A stretch of DNA of 63,511 bases, counting the filler, from Catajapyx aquilonaris (Eukaryota): the NCBI GenBank assembly GCA_000934665.2. It is 2 parts of 2 records of this genome, joined end to end, with 100 filler letters (N's around TTAATTAATTAA, not from the genome) between each part and the next. Parts side by side here need not be neighbours in the genome. Positions count along the whole stretch, not along the records: positions 1 to 31,640 come from KZ539158.1; 1 more part is not named here. One strand, 5' to 3'. Shown here piece by piece: positions 1-14,000 of this stretch. The notes beneath the pieces are model-generated. The model was given only the letters and a program-made list of their open reading frames with translations. It did not search any database and was not told where the DNA came from. The translations under genes were made by a program, and so were the position numbers. Positions within the stretch are counted from its first letter, which is position 1. Every line of letters starts with the position of its first letter.

Positions 1-792
1 GGGGGGGGGGGGGGGGGGTCCCAATAGATTTTTTTTTTCTTCGGACACTTGGCGGGAAAAAAAAAACTGACCGGGCGGTGACATTGCAAAGCCGGCAATT
101 TTTGGGCCCGGTGCCAAATGGCGTGACGGCACGCTTGCAGGCCAACACCCCGGCATTTTTTGATCTATCCTAGATATGGTATAGTACACGCTCGCAAATT
201 GAAATGTCGGGGAGGGCTGGCCCGCACCAATATTTATTATGCTAACATAGATTATAGCCTCGGCGTCCCATCCCACCCACTCCCGGTCATTTTTTATTGA
301 TTCGGTGTCTAACCTCTACGCGGCGGTCACGTTTTTAGTGGGACATAATTTTTGCGGGACATGCTACCCGGCGTGGGTTCGGGTGGAGGGGGGAGTAAGG
401 TGGCGGCGTGGCCCTCTGGTGGCCGACGTTTGGCGCCCATGTTCAAACCACGCCGCTAACTTCCCCCCCTAGTCCCGCTAGCTCCGGTGACCCATGCACC
501 GGACCTGAAACAATAGGTTTACCGCCAAAAATTGCCACGCATTGTACTCCCAACAGTGTACGGGATCCGGCACCTGTTGCGAGGCTAACCGGCGTTAAGG
601 GTGAAGGGTGGGGGTAAAAGCGGCGGGTGGGGGAGGATGGGAAGCACAAGCGAGCGGGGTGAAGGAAAAGTGGGGGAGGGGAGGAATAGCCTCACACAAA
701 GGCGCGCTTTTGCGCCCATAATGGCCGCTAAAATAGTGAGCATGGTCTGGTAGCATCCAAGTGTGGGCGAGGGGGGGGGGGGAGCTACTAAC

Positions 793-933
793 CTCGGCCG
801 GCCGTTTCGTCCCCTTAACCTCGGCCTTCTTCCCGTCGGGGCTGGCCGTCACGCTGGTGTTGTTCTTATCGTTGTTAGCCTCCTTGACCTTGTCTACGGC
901 AACATCGCCGGAGTTGTTCTCTGTCGAACTCAT
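793..933 (-). CDS. First coding exon of a small charged nuclear-type protein (MSSTENNSGDVAVDKVKEANNDKNNTSVTASPDGKKAEVKGTKRPAE...); the gene continues beyond the left edge
   Basis: ATG at 933-931, 47 codons, then GAG|GTTAGT donor at 792. KGTKRPAE resembles the first half of an NLS in insect prothymosin-like acidic proteins (recall only). Inr-like TCAGTC on minus at 1055-1050 and YY1-like AAGATGGCGG at 1080-1089 lie upstream in GC-rich DNA. Confidence 0.65.
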
Positions 934-1779
934 ACTTCGTGGTTTGCTGGGCACGGGTACGTCGGGCCGAAAAACTAAGGATGAACGCCGAAGCGTGGGT
1001 TGGTGAAGGAGTTCGCTAGCGGGTCTTGCCTACTTCGCGTCGCGCACTCGACTGACCGAGGGATGGGATGCGACGCCGCAAGATGGCGGAGGGAGGGTGC
1101 GCAGGTGGATGCGCATAGTGTGATGCCATGCTACTATTGGCTGGAAAGGGGGTTTGGGCGGGATCACCGATTGACTCGCGCTCTGGTTGGCTCCGGTTGA
1201 AGGCTGCTGGGGGGCTGGCGGGGGAGGAGTGGACATATTGGTTCCCGGGGCATGCAGAGCCGGCTTGTGGTGGCCAATCGTAGCAAACGTTACATGGGGT
1301 CTAATATGGCGGGGATATTATTTATTTAAATTTATTTCCGTTTGTAGTACTAGGGGCGTAGTACTAGCCTGATATGATTGCGGCCCCGGGGCCAAATAGT
1401 AAGGGTTTTATTAGTACAGTGTTGTTGAAGGGGAAGGAGAAAAGACGTTGAGAGATAGGGGTTCGAGAGTACTGTCTGCGCGCCTACATGATATGGGTGC
1501 GAGGCTATGGTGACGTCACATGCGAGGGGGAGGTTGGGCTGGTTGGTGAGGAGGGGTGGAAACGGTGGGTGGGTTGAGAAAAGGGGAAGGCGGCCGGGAG
1601 CAGTGCTGCCATCTACGACCCATGTGGCAACGTGGTGAAGCAAGCAGCTATATAGCTATTACAAAGAATTAGTTATTGTTATTAGGGTGGTCAACTGGTG
1701 GGAAATAGAACGGCGGGGACTACGAGCAGGTCCGGGGTGACGCGATCCTGATGCTCCAGGACCGGGCTGGACTTACAGT

Positions 1780-2106
1780 TTTTTTTTTAAATATATAACC
1801 CGTGATAGGGCCATAGGGGAGTGGAATACCACCATTTTTCTTCTAACTCCGGTGCAAGGATGAAAGGACATGGGGGTAAGGGTAGGGATTTTTGGGGAGG
1901 GAACATATAGGTGCAAGTGCAATGTCTACAAATGGGTCATGTGCTGTTCCCCAGGAGGTTAGGTTGCCAGACACCTCCTTGGTGCAGGTCAGAGACCCTC
2001 CTGACGCAGGTGAAAGGAAAGTTCCCCAGGCGGGGATCGAACCTGGAGCCTTTCACTCAGCAAGCCGAGACGTTACCATCTCGGCCATCTACAGTTCTAT
2101 ACCTCC
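1780..2106 (-). mobile_element. tRNA-derived SINE, family A
   Basis: Pol III A/B-box head (TGGCCGAGATGG...GGTTCGATCCCC on minus), A-rich tail, 18-bp TSD CCGGGCTGGACTTACAGT at 1762-1779 and 2107-2124. Homologous copies at 25751, 36434 and 54730. Confidence 0.9.
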
Positions 2107-2864
2107 CCGGGCTGGACTTACAGTATATATAACAAAGGGCGAAAATGTAACCATATATGTCCTATCTCGATAGGCACCTCTACCCCGCTTGCTCATGTTT
2201 ACATTTTCAGGAAATGAACGCTGTTCGAACCGCTGCCTCGTCTTTGTAAGAAAGTGGAACCATATGAAATCCATTTCCGGGTCCACTGGGAGTGGAAGGC
2301 AATGCGTAATTAGCCTCATTTCCGTTCTCTCTTTGTTCCCATATGTCGGTTCCGAAAAGTTTCGGACAGACGACCGGATGTAGTGTACCTCATCTGGCTT
2401 GATGCAACCCGCAGCACAGGCCTAAGGTGAAACGAGGTGTGTGTGGGCGGGGGAGGGGGAGGGGAGCATGGCGGATCTTCATATGCTTGGGAAAGGTAGG
2501 ATCATGGGTAGGATGCTAGAATAGAAGACTTTCAAACAAAAACTTGCTAATAACTAATCACATAAAAATGAAGAAGAAGAAAAAAGTTCCCATATTGAGA
2601 ACCTGACAATTGAGCACGACTTTATGTTTTAAATTAACTACTATACATGCTGCTTTAAATAAGCTTTAATCAAAATAACAAAACTTAGCATAGATTTTTA
2701 GTTTGATTTCTGGAAAGCGTTTGTTATATTTCTTTATTTGCTAGACCTTGACATTTTTCGGACTCTTATTTCTATCTCTTTTTGGCGGTGCACGGATAAT
2801 CTTCACCCGGAAAATCCGGAGTAGCCTACAGTGCACGTGTTTATAATTCCAAACATATATTTCA

Positions 2865-3170
2865 CTAGCAGGTTACCCGGCGTTGCCCGGGTATGTTATG
2901 GTGGTAGGCCTACAATGTAATGAGGGCATTACCATGGAAATCTATGAATATTGTTAAACAGGTAATTGATAATTGGTTAATTGGGAATATGCGTGTTATG
3001 GGTGTTAGGTTCATTTTCGGAAGCTGAAACATGCGGCATTAAATTCCTTGAAAAATGTAACCCCCGATATGCTAATTTAAGGAGGTGTAGGGGCCTTCCC
3101 CCGGATTTCTATAAGGGACAAACATCCAAACATCCAAACTGACAAACTTCCTTATTTATAGAGATAGAGA
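2865..3170 (-). mobile_element. Non-autonomous Helitron
   Basis: On minus: A|TC 5' end, short GTTTGGAT repeats, subterminal hairpin CCCGGGCAACGCCGGG, CTAG|T 3' end. Inserted between A and T with no TSD. Confidence 0.8.
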
Positions 3171-3333
3171 TTGCAAAAATTGCACTGATTATGGCTTAGA
3201 CCTCTAAATAATGACATCAGAGTCAGACATTTCTATTCCTCCGAAGCACTCCGAAGGCTCGGTCATCCCTGGCATCTGATAATGTTTCAACGTCACATGT
3301 TGTCAGGTTTTCATACCATTTTTAGAAGTGTCA

Positions 3334-3458
3334 GGGCCGGTTTCACCGAGCTTGGTATATGATAAAACCAGGTTTCTTTAGGAAAATCCATACAAATAGA
3401 TAGGGATTTTGAGAAATACCCTGGTTTTATCATATACTGAGCTCGGTGAAACCGGCCC
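3334..3458. mobile_element. PIF/Harbinger-like MITE
   Basis: TIR GGGCCGGTTTCACCGAGC / GCTCGGTGAAACCGGCCC, 3-bp TSD TCA on both sides. Confidence 0.8.
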
Positions 3459-3993
3459 TCAGTACTGCTATACTGAGCCATAGTAAAAGGTGCGTGCGGG
3501 CAGTTATTTACTTTTTGACCTAGCATTATCTGGAAATACCGGCATATGTACTGTACAAAGTTTATATTATTAGCGTAGGTATAGAGATAGCAATGGAATG
3601 CTGTAAAATGGTGCATATTGTTGTATACTGACAATCAAGCACGTAAACATATTGTTTTTTTTTAAACATTATAATGACAGATTTCATTGTTTTGCATTGG
3701 AGCCGGAATTGAATGGAATTGTTGCGGAAGGAATAATTGGAAGTGAATTGAAGGGGACATATGCAAACGAAATGCGTACTCATTCTGCATTGAATCATCG
3801 TGCTTACTCCTGTCGTAAATTGACCCAACTATAATCTGACCCCACAACACACCGCGAGGGGCTCATGTCGTCCTCACTATATTTTTTTTCCATCAGCCAT
3901 GACGCTGAAACTTATCGACAAATGCTATAGGCTATTATATTGGCCAACCACATACACCTGAGACATTCTTGTTTTTGCACTCTCCCGCCGGTA

Positions 3994-4151
3994 CAGTTGA
4001 ATCCGAATATAACAGCCTCGGCTATAACAGACTCGAAAGGCCGGTCTCGGCTTACTTCCATATATGGCTTGTGTATTCGGCTATAACATACCTAGTTTAT
4101 AACTAATGATTTATGCGGTTTCTTGAACTCTGTTATATCCGGATTCAACTG
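3994..4151. mobile_element. Tc1/mariner-pogo (Tigger-like) MITE
   Basis: TIR CAGTTGAATCCGAATATAACAG / CTGTTATATCCGGATTCAACTG, TA TSD. Confidence 0.8.
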
Positions 4152-5016
4152 TATTTGGTTTTGGAAATATACAGGTAATATAAAATTTATACGACTAAAC
4201 TTCTTCAATAAAATTGGCACCAACTTCAAGGACGTTGGGGATTATGTTAACAGAATACACTACAGAATGCTTCTACGGTATTATCATCACATGAAATGAC
4301 TTACTCCCGACATTTTGTGCCTCTAGTCATCTTGTGGTATCTTGCTTTGATTACAAGCCACAATCGACTTTTTGATGTTGCATATATGGGATGACCACAT
4401 TACGCATCTGTGCCACCACTTCGCTTATGTGGCAGTTGGCGCCGACATTTATAACTTTCCAATACAAATGCACACTATGACATGTTACAGATGAGAAAAT
4501 CACCAATATCATTGGATACCGTATCGGCGTATGCAAAAGAATAAGTGTCCGAAGAATGGATATCGAGACATTTTTGTATTATCACCTTATCAGTTATTGT
4601 AATTACTATAACCACTGATATGGTAAAATACCTCAAGGGCATGTACCGAGTAATTATACTCCATGCCTGGCACAATACCATTCAGAAATTCTTTAATGTC
4701 GAGAATGCATATACATCATCGGCATAGGCTATACATTTTTATAATGACTTTGTTATTGATTAATATTAATCCGCCGAAAGCATTCCCTTGAATCCATCCG
4801 ATATATTATGGCCGAGCATAAGTACTACCCAATAATTACCCTGTTAATGACATGGGAGCTGAAAGGACTGAATTATATTTTCTACCCCCTCAGGGCACCG
4901 TCACGACATGAGCCAGCTAATAATATGACACGTCTCAGTTATTATATAGCTAAAGAAGGAAGATCAACTGCTACGCTACTTATTGCTCTGCCTGTGGTAA
5001 CGTGGGACTCGGACTA

Positions 5017-5026
5017 GACTTTTTAC
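5017..5026 (+). promoter_or_regulatory. Putative TCT/5'-TOP start site of RpL36A
   Basis: GACTTTTTAC pyrimidine tract starting with C, 33 nt upstream of the RpL36A ATG, as expected for ribosomal protein genes. Confidence 0.55.
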
Positions 5027-5051
5027 GGCTGGCCACAAACAAGACACGAAA

Positions 5052-8000
5052 ATGGTGAGTTCTGCTGGGGGTTACAAAATCCGGATTTATCGGTCCAAGG
5101 GCGGCCCCGTGGCGGCCATCCGTAGTGTAGGAATGTTCAGGAGTGGTTGTGGGAAGGAGCTGAGGATTTTATGTTGGTGTAAGGAGGAAACGGGGGGTGA
5201 GAATCATGTGTCTGGTGTGACATAAAAAAAAGGCAAAAATAGTGCAGTTGGTGTCACATGGTACATAAATGTAATTGTAATTAAAGTACATGTGGGTTTC
5301 ATTGCCAAAGTAAGAAACAGCTGTAGTTAGCATTGGATCAGTTCACATGTGAGCAGTTAGGTACACACTGGTGCACTGTTAACGATGAGTGTGTATTGCC
5401 TGTGCATTGCTGGCACAGTGTCTTCCCTTCTAAAGTAGGCTGGTGCACCAAAGTTTACCTCGTTAAAATGCAGGGAAAAGGGAAGCAACTTGGACTGAAC
5501 TTAAGTACTCGCAATATCAATCATTGGTTCATAATGGTAAGCAGTTGGAAGCTGGCAGGTTTCGGCAGCGAATGGACGTTCAGTATTTTCAGAAGGGGTG
5601 CTGTCGCAATCCATCTTTGAACTGGTCACCCACTATTATTTTGAACCATTGCATAGGTCAACTCTACTGATGCATGCCTATGCACTGCTAGCAAATTGCA
5701 TTTGAGCCTCATGACTCTGTAAATGCTGCAATGAGGGTCTACCAATGAGAGTAAATCATTGATGGAAGGTGTAGCACATTGTCTGCTGAAGGCAATGACT
5801 AAGAAAACAGTTGATAATATGCTAAGAAATACGTCTGTGATCCACTGTCAGTGGTGCTGTCAAAGATGGCTTATTGCAACTTGTGCGTCCACGTTTACAA
5901 TGATTAAGGCCTTTGAAAGTGTATTTTAGGGATTTCCCAAGAAGTTGATGTTTTAATTAATATGAGTTTATGTACTTGTGAGCAGATGTGACCTGATATT
6001 CAGTTGGGAGTTTTTGTGTGAGGGCACAATACCGCTTGTCAGGACCAGGCTCACTACCAACATTATCCTAGATGGGCATCATGGTGTATTAATTCTCAGG
6101 TGGTTGTGTGATGGTAAATCCAGAACAGGTAGCTGATTCATGTTCTTCATTGCATAGAATTTCATTGCATAGAATATCATTGCTGAAAATGAATGACAAG
6201 GGTCAACAATTTTTTCTGGATTTACTACTGATCATGCAACCCAGCATGAGGCTCCAGTTCTGTCACCCAACAGCTTTGATGATGATGATAAATTTTTACA
6301 AATTTTCTCGCAAATGAGCCATGGTTAGGGTTTGGCTGCCTCAGTTATACTACCAATTACATCAAAAGAAATTGATAATAATAATAATAATGGATACCCT
6401 GTGATGGGCCTCTTATTAGGGGATCATCTTTTAAATACCCGACTCTAATCATTGCCTGTGCTGTGATGGATTTTGATTGTGGGAGGAAACGGGAGAACCC
6501 CCGAGAAAACCCACGCGAACACGGAGATCGAAATTATCCACTAAGTAGCCAGGGCCGGATTTTGCATTTTGTTGCCTCTAGGCCCATGGTTTCTTGCCGC
6601 CCCTCGCCCATAATCAAGCAAACCAAAATAATCCTTATTAAGCAGCGGCGGCGTTTGGCACTAAAACCTAAAAGGCGCGGTGGCGACGCGATTTTTACGA
6701 CTTGACGATTCCGGTGACGGCAGCAAAATGCCGCCCTATTTCTTTTGCCGCTGTAGGCCAGGGCCTATATCGCCTATTTGGAAATCCGGCCCTGTAAGTA
6801 GCCTCTGTCCGACCCGGGGATCAAACTCGGGACCTTAGAGGTGGAAGGCTGCGGCGCTCATCACTCAGCCACCGTGTCACCCTTCCGAGATATTGATGTG
6901 CAGCTAATGTCTTGCCCATTTGTAGGTGAACGTGCCGAAGACCCGGCGCACTTACTGCCGCAAGTGCAAGCACCACAGGGTGCACAAAGTGTCCCAGTAT
7001 AAGAAGTCCAAGGAACGCCTTTGCTCCCAGGGGAGGAGGAGGTACGACCGTAAGCAGAAAGGGTATGGTGGGCAGACCAAACCAATCTTCCGCAAGAAGG
7101 CAAAGACCACCAAGAAGATTGTGCTCCGGCTGGAGTGCACTGACTGCAAGTTCCGGAAGCAGGTCTCGCTGAAGAGGTGCAAGCATTTTGAGCTGGGAGG
7201 TGATAAGAAGAGGAAGGTCAGTATAGTCGCCACGCATCGAATCGTACATTGTGTTTTTCAGGTTTCAGTTGTGAAAATTCTTTTCAGTTAGATGTAATGA
7301 AAGTTAAATTTTCCCCATCATAAGGGTCAAATAGTATTGCAGTCTAAAGACTTTGTGACTAAAAACTCAATGCAAACCTACAAGAAAACATGCAAATGAG
7401 TCTTTGTATGACTTGTCCTCGTAAGACTTCATAGGTGGGGAGGAATTTTGGGTATCCACTTGTGCAAGGCTTCTGGGTCAAGTTACAAAATTTTAGTGTT
7501 GGTTTGTGCTTATACAAGTACAAGAAATATACAATGTGAGTGAGTAACATCCAATTGGGTCCTCCCAAAGCAATTTGTGATTCACTCCCATGTGGTGTGA
7601 CATGTAGGACAGTGCATGGGGGATGGGAGAGCCAAGTGACCCTGGATTGGTTTACCACTTGAGCTCTTTAAGAGCAGCTATAATCCTTCACAAGCTGGTA
7701 CTCATGGTGTGAGTAGTCTTGTGCATCTGTGCCAGTGTAAACTAGTTCCTTGTAGGTGAAATTTGACAGTTCCAAGGGTTAGCTTCACTTGGGAAATTTG
7801 TTGCTGTAATTTAACTCTTACTGCTGACAGATATTACTCTGTCAGTAGGTATAACCAAGGGGGTAACCATTTCGCGGAACCGGTGTACACTTTTTTGAGG
7901 AGTGGTTACCTCCTTGGTTATAACAGGCTACACATCTCTTGAAAACAATTATTGCAGTTCAAGCTTGTGAATGACATGGATATGGAGCATGTTTTATCCG

Positions 8001-11000
8001 AGGAGGTAGCATAAAAACAACAGTAATGTTAATTCAGGGTGTTCCAAATATCAGGGTTGTTTCTGGTTATGGCTAATATTGCTTGAAGTTATTTTTTGTC
8101 TTGTTGTGCCCATATCCAGGTGCCCAATTTTTCCCAGGTTGTCCAGTAGAGCAGTTGCTATATACAGGGTGTTGATAGATTCCAATGAGATGCTCCTAGA
8201 GCTTGTGGAGAGGTCAGGGTAGATAATTTTTTATTCTAGGAACCCATATCTGAAAATGAATAGTTTCAGTGTTAAAGCTGATTATGTACCGGTCCCTAAG
8301 CTTAGGCCCCCTAAGAGCAGTAAGAGGCGTATCCTGAGACAATCCGACACATTTCTGGACATGGGTTCTTAGGCAAAAAGTGATCTACTCTGACTCCTCC
8401 ACAAGCTCTAGGAGTATCTGATAGGAATTCTTTAACACCCTGTGTAAAATACAGGGTGATTCTCCCGAATGCAAACACAGACATTCCTCAATAACTTTTT
8501 AACCATGGTATGGTTCCCGATGAAAATTGACATGTACATACCTTGTATCATGCCAAACAAGGTCTGACTAAAGAATATACCAAAAGTGGTCCCCTCCAGC
8601 ATCCAAGAATTTTTAAATGCGAGTCTGCATATTGCCGAAGACTCCTGCAGATTGGCGGCGGGCATGGTTCAATCTCCGGCCTGCCCGCCTGCTTGGCGAG
8701 AGGACATCGCAAGGCAAAGGGAACAGTCCAGTTCGTTTTGGGGTATGATGGGCTTTGCAGCGGCGAGTGGCGGGCGTTGATTGATGCGATCCCCGCCTTC
8801 AATCTCCAGGAGTCTTCGGCAATATGCAGACTCGGATTAAAACATTCTTGGATACTGGAGGGGACCACTTTTGGTAAATTCTTTAGTCAGACCTTGTTTG
8901 GCATGATACAAGGTAAGTACATGTCCATTTTCATCGGGAACCATACCATAGTTAAAAAGTTATTGAGGAATGTTTGGGTTTCCATTCGGGAGAATCACCC
9001 TGTATAATAGAGAACACCTGGATTGTGGTTCAACAAGCTACAGAAAATTACAGTTTTGAGTGAAATTTCACATAACTACTTGGAACACTATCTTTCCTGT
9101 TTATTGAAGGGTGTTGTACGTTCTCTTGTGTTGTTGTGACAAGTTTTCACATTATCATATACCTGCTCGTGGGAAATGGAGCATCTTTTAGTACACGTGA
9201 CTCTGGCTGCCATATCACCAGTGGCGCTTTTGTCTCTTTGTGCATTTATCATGTGGGTGGACATTATTCCATTTGTAAATGTCACTTTTCTTAGTTGGAA
9301 CTGCACCTAGAACAAAATGAATTGGAACCAAAAATTCCAGAAACAACAACAATGTTTCAAAGAGCCAGCATGCACCACGAGGTAACTAGTGCATGCATAA
9401 AGGAAGGATAGTTTCTGTCTTGTGCAAGCCTGACATAGCATTTTCTACTCCTTAGGATCCTGAAGTGCAGGTGCATTGTGAACTGACCAATTTGGGATCA
9501 TTATTACATTGTAGGGTTGCTTCTAGTGTTGAAATAATTAGAATTGGTTGATAACTTATCTGAAACTAAACTTACGCACGCAATTGTTCACTTGCAGTGT
9601 AAATGAATTTGACATTTAAAATGCATTTGGGAATGTTTCTGGTATTCTTTGGCTTCAAGTCCATCTGATGCATTTTGTTCTGCTGCAGTTAAGACTTAAG
9701 AAAAATGAAAATGCAGTGACCGTGGACCTGTATTTTAAAATGCACAATGAGACAGTTGTGTGCTGGTCATATGGCGGCCTGTAGAGGTGAAACCAACGTG
9801 TTGCAATTGCTGTTAAAGAGGGCAGGCTGTCGTAAACACTTAAAGTAATGGAGTCCGCATAGGTTTTATGAAGTGACTGTGTTTATAAAAAGTGTATGAA
9901 ATGAAAGTGGGGCAGCGAATCGTATGGAGACATGGTTACGAACAAGACCAGGGCCAAAATGTTATTACAGTAGAGCATCGATTATCCGAATACCGATCAA
10001 CCCAAAGCATTCAAGTCAGCAAGTCGGCAAATTCAAATTTGCTCGCCATGTAGTTTGCTAGTGGCCGCTGCAGCGCTTTTCCCTTCCCTGCCAACCGGCC
10101 AACCGGATGTGTGATACAAAATATACAGTTTTGTGTTCATGTATCACTGTTTCTTTGTTTCATATTGTACCTATGACACCGGTACAATTTTGTTCCGTAA
10201 ATGATTGGTTATCTGAAAAATCAGTTATCCGAACACCCCCAGTTCGCAATGGTTTCTGATAATTGATGCTCTACTGTATTTCCGAACAGTCTGATTTCAT
10301 TGAATCACATTTGGTTGGCATGAGAATGACAGGGGAGCTACTTGAGAGGGTATTCCATAAAGGATCCTCCTGCCTGCGCTCGTTGTGCCCACCCATCGTT
10401 AGGGCTGGTGACATACAGAGATAATGCAATAGAGGAAGGGGGAAAAGGAGAAGTGATAGTGTTTAGGAGTGCATGTTTTATTGTAGTGTACACTTCCAAG
10501 AACTTTTGAGACATCTGTTCCTCTGATGAACCAAACATCAATGCACCTGCTTCTGACAGGGCTGTCCGAGGAATTCTTCATCCGTTACTACAGCAGTTAT
10601 AAGGCAGCTAGCTAGGTCTTGGGGCATATGCATGTGGGTGAGCAGTGGGTTAGTGTCTCAATGGTATTTGGGAGTGCATTTAAGTAACTGCGAGGGGTTA
10701 TTAAATCTTCTTTTGCTGCTTCCCACCCTTCCTCCTGTCCCATTTCCCTGTTATCACCTAAGCTTGTGGCAGTTTGGCATGACAAGGACAGTCTGGAGAG
10801 GATCCCTCCTGGGATACCTTCTTGGCTTTCTTGCCACCCTTATGTCAACCAAAGGCCTGTTCCAGGATGGATTCCCCCCCCCCNNNNNNNNNNNNNNNNN
10901 NNNNNNNNCCCCCTGCAATAATTTTTAGTGAAAGTTGTTAGGAATCATTATAGTTCAGAATGAGAAAATAATTTCCATAACATTTTACTTGAGAGTTAAT

Positions 11001-14000
11001 GATAATTATTTGGGTTTGTGAAAGGGATGATTTTGCCATTTTTATGCTTGTCAACTGGCCATGAAACTGAACATTCCAGAATTTTAATTTGAGGCCAACA
11101 GTAAAGGATGCTTTATGCTCCTCTCATTAGATGTGGGGAATTATTCAAGTAAGCCAAGCCAGTTGTTCATGACATCAGTTTGCAATATAACTGGACAGGG
11201 TCATAATTTTTGTCAATTATCTCACAGACTAGAGATATTACCGAAGCAAAGCTGCATGTTGGGAATGTTTATGACTTGCGTACCTAGAGTCAGTCCGAGT
11301 CTGCCTCTGAGTTTGACTCACGATCAAATGTCAGTGTGCTCCATTTACACTAATATGCAGATTAGAATATTCAGTGCTATTTGGTTACTACAAATTAAAG
11401 GACAGAAACAAAGAACCAGATGTAAATAACAGCTATTTGGAGCATGGCCTAATAATCATGCCCCAGTGATGCAAGTAGTGGTTTGAAATGGAAATTATTT
11501 ATCATGGGGCTAATTTCTGGCCCAGGAACACATGCTAGAAGTTATTTTGGCAGGATTCATTTGTGTTGGCTGTTTTATCGAATTGCATTGTTATAAACAT
11601 CAATGGCTGTGCACAAGAGGCAGGAAAAGTGAGCTTACAACCAAACTAACTCTTCTTACCCTCCTAAATTTTGAAAATTTTTGAATTTTATAATTCTGCT
11701 TGACCTATAGTGTTGTGCAAACGTCACCTCTGCTGCTAATTTTCACATTGGCAGGGTCAAAATACAAGCCAAAAGACATGTATTCCGAAGCCACAACACC
11801 TGCATCCGGTCGCGAGTGGCGGGTTGCCGGACCCGGCAGGCCGGTTGCGGGTCGTCGCGACTGATATAAGGATATGTAAATGATTAATTAAACTTCATTC
11901 ATAAATTGCTACACAAAATCGATTTCGAAGCGTGTGAGGTCATATTCTACTCGCTCTCGCCAGCTCGCACCATCATAGAGCGCGCTACAATCACGGCGAC
12001 CAGGGACCTGCAACCAGCGACGAGCTGCTAGGTGTTGTGGCTTTGGAATATCGCATTTAGCTTGTATTTTGACGTCAAAATAAGCAGCAGAGGTGATGTA
12101 TGACGACACTATAGGCCAAGTGGAATTAGAAAATCAAAAAATTGCAAAATTTAGGAGGGTAAGAAGAGTTACTTTGGTTGTTAGAGCAGGAGGGTGGGAG
12201 GATTTGTCATACCTTCAGCCATTGCATTGGTGTGTGGCCAAAAATATGTTCCTGCTTCCCACAATGATTTGATAAACCACCAAACAACCCATGTAAGCTG
12301 TGGGGGTTTTACTTAATTGTGCATGTGGAAGCTGTGTGAGGGGCACTCCCTTTTTTTTTTTTAAATCCCATGATAGAGCCATTGGCTCCCTTAGGGGGGG
12401 AGTTCATCCCAATTTTTTTGTCAGGAACTCTTTGCTTTTTACTTTTTGCTTCGCTTTTTGGGAAGGGATAGGGATGGAAGGAAGCGGCTGTGGCCTGTTA
12501 ATTACGGAAACAACTCCGGAATTTTCCTGGAGGGACCGTGGGAAACCACAGAAAACCACGGTCAGAGTTGCCGGTTTTGGGATTTGATCCCCGGACCTCC
12601 CGATTGCAGCCGGATACCATATCCCCTCACCTACTGCTGCTTAATTGTGTGAGGGGCACTTTGATCAGGNCCCCCCCCAAACCGTGTAAAGTGAAATATT
12701 TTTAAAATTTTAATCTGCAAATTAGGATGATTTTTTGGAAAAAGTGCTACCAATTTCATCAAATACTGTCCACACCTCTTCTCTCATCATTTCGCTTTTT
12801 AATTCAGAAGTTATCTACAAGGAAGGAATAGGATCTGCTGGGCTTGACAAGAAATGTCATCCATTGCCAATCATTAGTCAGAGTCATACGGGAGTCTCTC
12901 GAATGACAGTTGTCGCCTACACCCAATCTTTTGCACCACCCTATATCCTCCTGAGACCTGGTGTCGACATATGTCGACATCGGCAAAAGATTTTTTTGGC
13001 GCCAACCAGTGATGCCAACAGAACTGTAATAGGCTGGTATCCCATGGTTACAATCTGGCCTCAATAGCTGTAGCCACCTAGCGTCGAATATCTGGCTTGG
13101 GCCGCGAAAATTAAATCGCGGACAAAATGGCGGATTCCGCTGCTGAAGCTTAGGCGCTCATCTGATAAGTTTTATTTTTTTACTCATATTTAGAATGCGA
13201 TTTTCGCAATGCAGTGAATGTCCTGGGATTCGCAAGGAATGTGTCTTAGGAACTGCGAAAAGATGATTCTGTGACAATCTTTGTTGCTGTAGAGAACTGG
13301 TCATTTTCTTCCTGAGACAAAATGTCCATTTAAATGGACATCCGAAAAATGGCATTTTTAGCTGAATGGGTGTGACTTTTCTTTACGTGCCTGTACCTAT
13401 ACACCCGTAAGGAAGGGGGTTTGCACTATGCTGTTCAGTTTTGAAATCTAGAATAGCTAAGTACCACTCTAGCGGGTAAGAAGGGAAGGAGCAAGCCCCA
13501 TCCCTGGAGTGGTGGCGTTAAAAAATGATTTCATTTATCTTTAATTGTCTTCTGAGAGGAATTTCTACCACTAATTCCACAAATTAATTTTAAAAACATT
13601 GTTTGGAGGATAGAGCACTATGTGAGTGATCCATTAAGTGGTATTTCAATTTTCTGCTTTCATCCGTTCTGCTTTTGTAGCACCAATTGGGTCCTAATGT
13701 TCCCATTGGTTGTTTGTCGCCATTTTTGTCGATATTTTAAAACTAAAAATTTTTTCTTGTTTCTTATTGGGAACATGTTCAGAAAATGCAATAGGAACTG
13801 ACATTGCGTTAAAAAATTCTTCTCAGGTCTCAGGAGGATATGACTTGCTTCGTTTTACTACAGTCAGAGATGGGCAGTATTTAAATACATATCGTAAATA
13901 CTTTCCCTAACTTTTTTATTGCGCAGCGATTAAAAAAAATAACTGGAAAGACTAACTTTTGATTTTCCTTTGTCATTATGTTGTTATTATTAACTTACCC

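Noticed and set aside
1892..2173. Recurrent ORFs [15 protein letters not shown]... (also 25650, 36404, 54625)
   Set aside because: Translations of SINE A copies, not a gene family.
6105..6235. Possible box C/D snoRNA in RpL36A intron 1 (GTGATGG...CTGA)
   Set aside because: C box is imperfect, no rRNA guide is recognisable, and the ends form a longer inverted repeat more like a decayed MITE. An Infernal/snoscan search would be needed.
6821..7249. 142-aa minus ORF over RpL36A exon 2
   Set aside because: Antisense shadow of a conserved coding exon.
8432..9007. Opposite-strand ORFs encoding the same peptide (8432-8665 minus, 8543-9007 plus); likewise 25123-25483
   Set aside because: Artifact of palindromic MITE arms; no recognisable domain.
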